Shown piece by piece: positions 61,671 to 64,000 of a stretch of DNA of 64,000 bases. The notes below the pieces were generated by a model. That model worked only from the letters and a program-made list of their open reading frames with translations, searched no databases and was not told where the DNA came from. The stretch comes from an uncultured Phycisphaeraceae bacterium (GTDB lineage Bacteria; Planctomycetota; Phycisphaerae; UBA1845), in NCBI GenBank assembly GCA_964569425.1, contig CAZMVD010000006.1:4508-68507 (forward strand), written 5' to 3'. Position numbers and translations under genes: made by a program. The stretch's first letter is position 1, and every line of letters begins with the position of its first letter.

Positions 61671-61774
61671 TCAATTGTCAATTGTCAATTGCCGATTGCC
61701 GATTGCCGGTTGTCGATCTGCAGGTTCGACGTTTGGGCGTTTCGGTTTTCGGCGTTTCGGCTTTCGGCGTTTCT
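61671..61774. repeat. Composite heptamer repeat: A family (CAATTGY/CGATTGC, 6 units) grading into B family (TTTCGGC(G), 5 units)
   Basis: tcaattg tcaattg tcaattg ccgattg ccgattg ccggttg tcgatct gcaggtt cgacgtt tgggcgt ttcggtt ttcggcg tttcggc tttcggcg tttc. Confidence 0.9.
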
Positions 61775-61925
61775 TTCCGTGGCTTCGTGGCTGAATCTTG
61801 CCCAGTACCCGGCCCTCGACCGATGAACCACCGCGCGGGCTGAAGCCGCGCGGCTCGTTATTCGCCATTCCCTATCCGCCAATCCCGCCGTTGACATCCT
61901 CGCTCCCGTCCCGGATGTTGAACGC

Positions 61926-62873
61926 ATGTCCACGACATCCGCTACCGACGCCGCCGTCGATCTTTCGGTGGATCTCGCCGGCCTCCGGCTGGCCAACCCG
62001 GTCATGACCGCCTCCGGCACCAGCGGCTACGGCGCCGAATACGCCGATTATCTCGACCTTAGGCAGCTCGGCGCCTTTGTCACCAAGGCCATCTCGCCGC
62101 TGCCGCGCAAGGGCAACCCCCCGGAACGCACCGTGGAAACCCGCGGCGGCATGCTCAACGCCATCGGCTTGGCCAACGTCGGCCTCGAAGCGTTCATCGC
62201 CGACAAGGTGCCCTTTCTCCGCAGCCTGGGCATACCCACAATCGTCAACGTCGTCGGCCACTCCATCGATGACTACCGCACCGTGTGCCGCGCCCTCGAC
62301 CCCATCGAGTGCATCGCCGGGCTGGAACTCAACGTCTCCTGCCCCAACGTGGCCGACGGGCTGGAGTTCGGCACCGATCCGGTGCGCCTGCGGAAGCTGG
62401 TCGAGGCGGTGCGCGGCGACGTCCGCCGCGCCAAGCTGATCGTCAAACTCTCCCCCAACGTCACCGACATTACCGCCACCGCGCGGGCGGCGATCGACGG
62501 CGGCGCGGAGGTTCTCTCGGTCATCAACACGCTCAGCGGCATGGCCATCAACGTGGACACGTGGAAGCCGATCCTGGCCAACCGCACCGGCGGCTTATCC
62601 GGACCGGCCATCAAGCCGGTGGCGCTGTTCATGGTCCATAGGGTCTATCGCGCGGTGGCGCGCGACGCGGGCGTGCCCATCATCGGCATGGGCGGCATTA
62701 CCGACTGGCACGACGCCGTCGAGTTTCTGCTCGCCGGGGCCACCGCCCTGGCCATCGGCACGGCGCTATTCGTCGATCCTCGCACCCCGCTGCGCATCTG
62801 CGATGGGCTGCGCGAGTACGTGCAGCGGCGCGGGCTGTCATCGGTTCGTGCGCTGATCGGGCAGCTACAATAG
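61926..62873 (+). CDS. pyrD: Dihydroorotate dehydrogenase (class 1, Cys active site)
   Basis: LANPVMTASGTSGYG, GGMLNAIGLANVG, ELNVSCPNV, NT...GGLSGPAIKPVAL, IIGMGGI. No pyrK is adjacent. Confidence 0.9.
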   Translation: MSTTSATDAAVDLSVDLAGLRLANPVMTASGTSGYGAEYADYLDLRQLGAFVTKAISPLPRKGNPPERTVETRGGMLNAIGLANVGLEAFIADKVPFLRSLGIPTIVNVVGHSIDDYRTVCRALDPIECIAGLELNVSCPNVADGLEFGTDPVRLRKLVEAVRGDVRRAKLIVKLSPNVTDITATARAAIDGGAEVLSVINTLSGMAINVDTWKPILANRTGGLSGPAIKPVALFMVHRVYRAVARDAGVPIIGMGGITDWHDAVEFLLAGATALAIGTALFVDPRTPLRICDGLREYVQRRGLSSVRALIGQLQ

Positions 62874-62949
62874 CGTTGGCTTTGCCCGCCGCTGCCAGAC
62901 CAAAGTACGTAGTAGGGATTGAGCCCGGCTTGCGGATTGCGCGTAATTG

Positions 62950-63264
62950 TTAACTCCGTTCGACGCGCTTGCCGCACTCCGGGCACGTTCCGGAGACATT
63001 GCCGGTAAGATTGTAGTCGCAGAACGGGCAGCGGCCCTCGCGGATGCGCCGATCGGCCAGGGAGCCCCGACGCCGGGCTCGCTCCGCCCACCACTCTCCC
63101 AGCCCCGCCACCGATCCGACCACCGCCCCGCCGACAGCTACCCCAAGGACAATCGCCACCGCGACGACATAGCCCTCCACCCCACCAGACTGCCCGAAAA
63201 CCAGTAGCGCCGCGCAGGTGACACCCAGAAGTGCGAACACGGCCGCAAGAATCCACTTCGACAT
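62950..63264 (-). CDS. Small membrane protein with C-terminal CxxC...CPECG zinc ribbon
   Basis: I trimmed the start to MSKWILAAVFALLGVTCAALLVF. Two TM segments, then EGRCPFCDYNLTGNVSGTCPECGKRV. Confidence 0.55.
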   Translation of the reverse strand: MSKWILAAVFALLGVTCAALLVFGQSGGVEGYVVAVAIVLGVAVGGAVVGSVAGLGEWWAERARRRGSLADRRIREGRCPFCDYNLTGNVSGTCPECGKRVERS

Positions 63265-63603
63265 CCAGGAGACTCCGTGCGCCGCGGTTCTGCCGCGACC
63301 CCGACCGGCCGTCGCCCGCGCCGCCGTCGGTGAAGTACTGGATCGCAGGCTGCCCGTCGAACGACGCCCCCTCCCGGCAAACGACTCCATCCGCTCGCAG
63401 CCCGCCACCACCCGCGCCCACCACCGCCTCGCCCGGCAGCCCAGAACCCCACTGGTTGACGGCCTTAGCAAGTCGGTAGAGTATTTCAGGGGAGAGGTCG
63501 GCGCATCCAAGGCATGGTAACACGCCTAACCTGTGCCACGGCGTGTGCGAAGCTCGAATCGCATCGTCCAAGTTTACCGGGCGCCGCCGTTGAAAAGGCC
63601 GCG

Positions 63604-63840
63604 ATGATGAAAGCGAAGAATAAGAACCCCCGCAAGGGCGACATGCTGGCCGGGTACGACTTCTCCGCCGGAGTTCGCGCCAAGTACGCCAGTCGCAATG
63701 CAAAGGGCACGAACCTGGTGCTGCTGGCCCCCGACGTTGCCGAGGTGTTTCCCGATGCCGACGCCGCGAACCGTGCGCTGCGCGCCTGCGGCGAACTCAT
63801 CAACGCCCTGCCGCCCGTGCGAAAGAAGTGCCGCGGATGA
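63604..63840 (+). CDS. Small antitoxin-like protein
   Basis: MLAGYDFSAGVRAKYA...GTNLVLLAPDVAEVFPDADAANRALRA, a pattern I associate with small type II antitoxin-like proteins. Its stop overlaps the next ATG (ATGA at 63837-63840). Confidence 0.5.
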   Translation: MMKAKNKNPRKGDMLAGYDFSAGVRAKYASRNAKGTNLVLLAPDVAEVFPDADAANRALRACGELINALPPVRKKCRG

Positions 63841-64000
63841 TTCGCCTTCTCGAAGACAACCGTGCAGCGGTGCAGGCCCTGTGCCGGAAGTACTTTGTCG
63901 CCCGGCTGGATGTCGTCGGTTCGGCGGCGACCGGAGGTTTCCGCGAGGAAGACAGCGACCTGGATTTCCTCGTTACTTTTCGCTCTCCGCCGCCCGAATC
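63837..64000 (+). CDS. Minimal nucleotidyltransferase (MNT/Pol-beta superfamily), 3' end outside the window
   Basis: VARLDVVGSAATGGFREEDSDLDFLVTF, which is the GS-x(n)-D-x-D nucleotidyltransferase motif. Confidence 0.7.
   Translation, partial: MIRLLEDNRAAVQALCRKYFVARLDVVGSAATGGFREEDSDLDFLVTFRSPPPE

Overview
High-GC chromosomal segment. The gene content points to Planctomycetota, probably Phycisphaerae-like (inference from family content only): a DUF1559 prepilin-type pseudopilin, two ECF sigma modules (one paired with a Ser/Thr kinase), lamin-tail-domain and dockerin/EF-hand-like giant exoproteins, IPTL-CTERM tails and a four-helix-bundle 'IVS' protein. Housekeeping genes (mgtE, purU, mtnP, rpmB, coaD, pyrC, pyrD, tRNA-Asn) are interleaved with six very large secreted or surface proteins. 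Main observations: (1) a 1617-aa exoprotein carries a perfectly phased array of about 19 clean 20-residue His/Trp repeats (H-N-S-G-x-T-W-H-x-x-G-x-S-F-I-P-P-G-T-K) that I cannot assign to any known repeat family. (2) A ~189-aa C-terminal domain ending in C-P-x-C-P is shared by two otherwise unrelated giant proteins and is conserved at protein level but not DNA level. (3) A four-helix-bundle gene is bracketed by inverted heptamer-repeat arms and splits a moxR-DUF58 operon, resembling an rRNA intervening sequence placed in an mRNA; a gene-less copy of the same arms lies upstream of purU. (4) Three families of 7-nt tandem repeats recur in five intergenic regions. (5) A lower-GC two-gene islet holds an Rx4H (HEPN-like) gene interrupted by one in-frame TAA. 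(6) An antitoxin-like gene and a nucleotidyltransferase gene are coupled by an ATGA overlap at the right edge. (7) A 1696-aa protein has three formylglycine-enzyme-fold domains that all lack the catalytic Cys pair. No CRISPR array, rRNA or intact transposase was seen. Many of the longest ORFs in the supplied track are antisense or out-of-frame shadow ORFs typical of high-GC DNA, and I rejected them.
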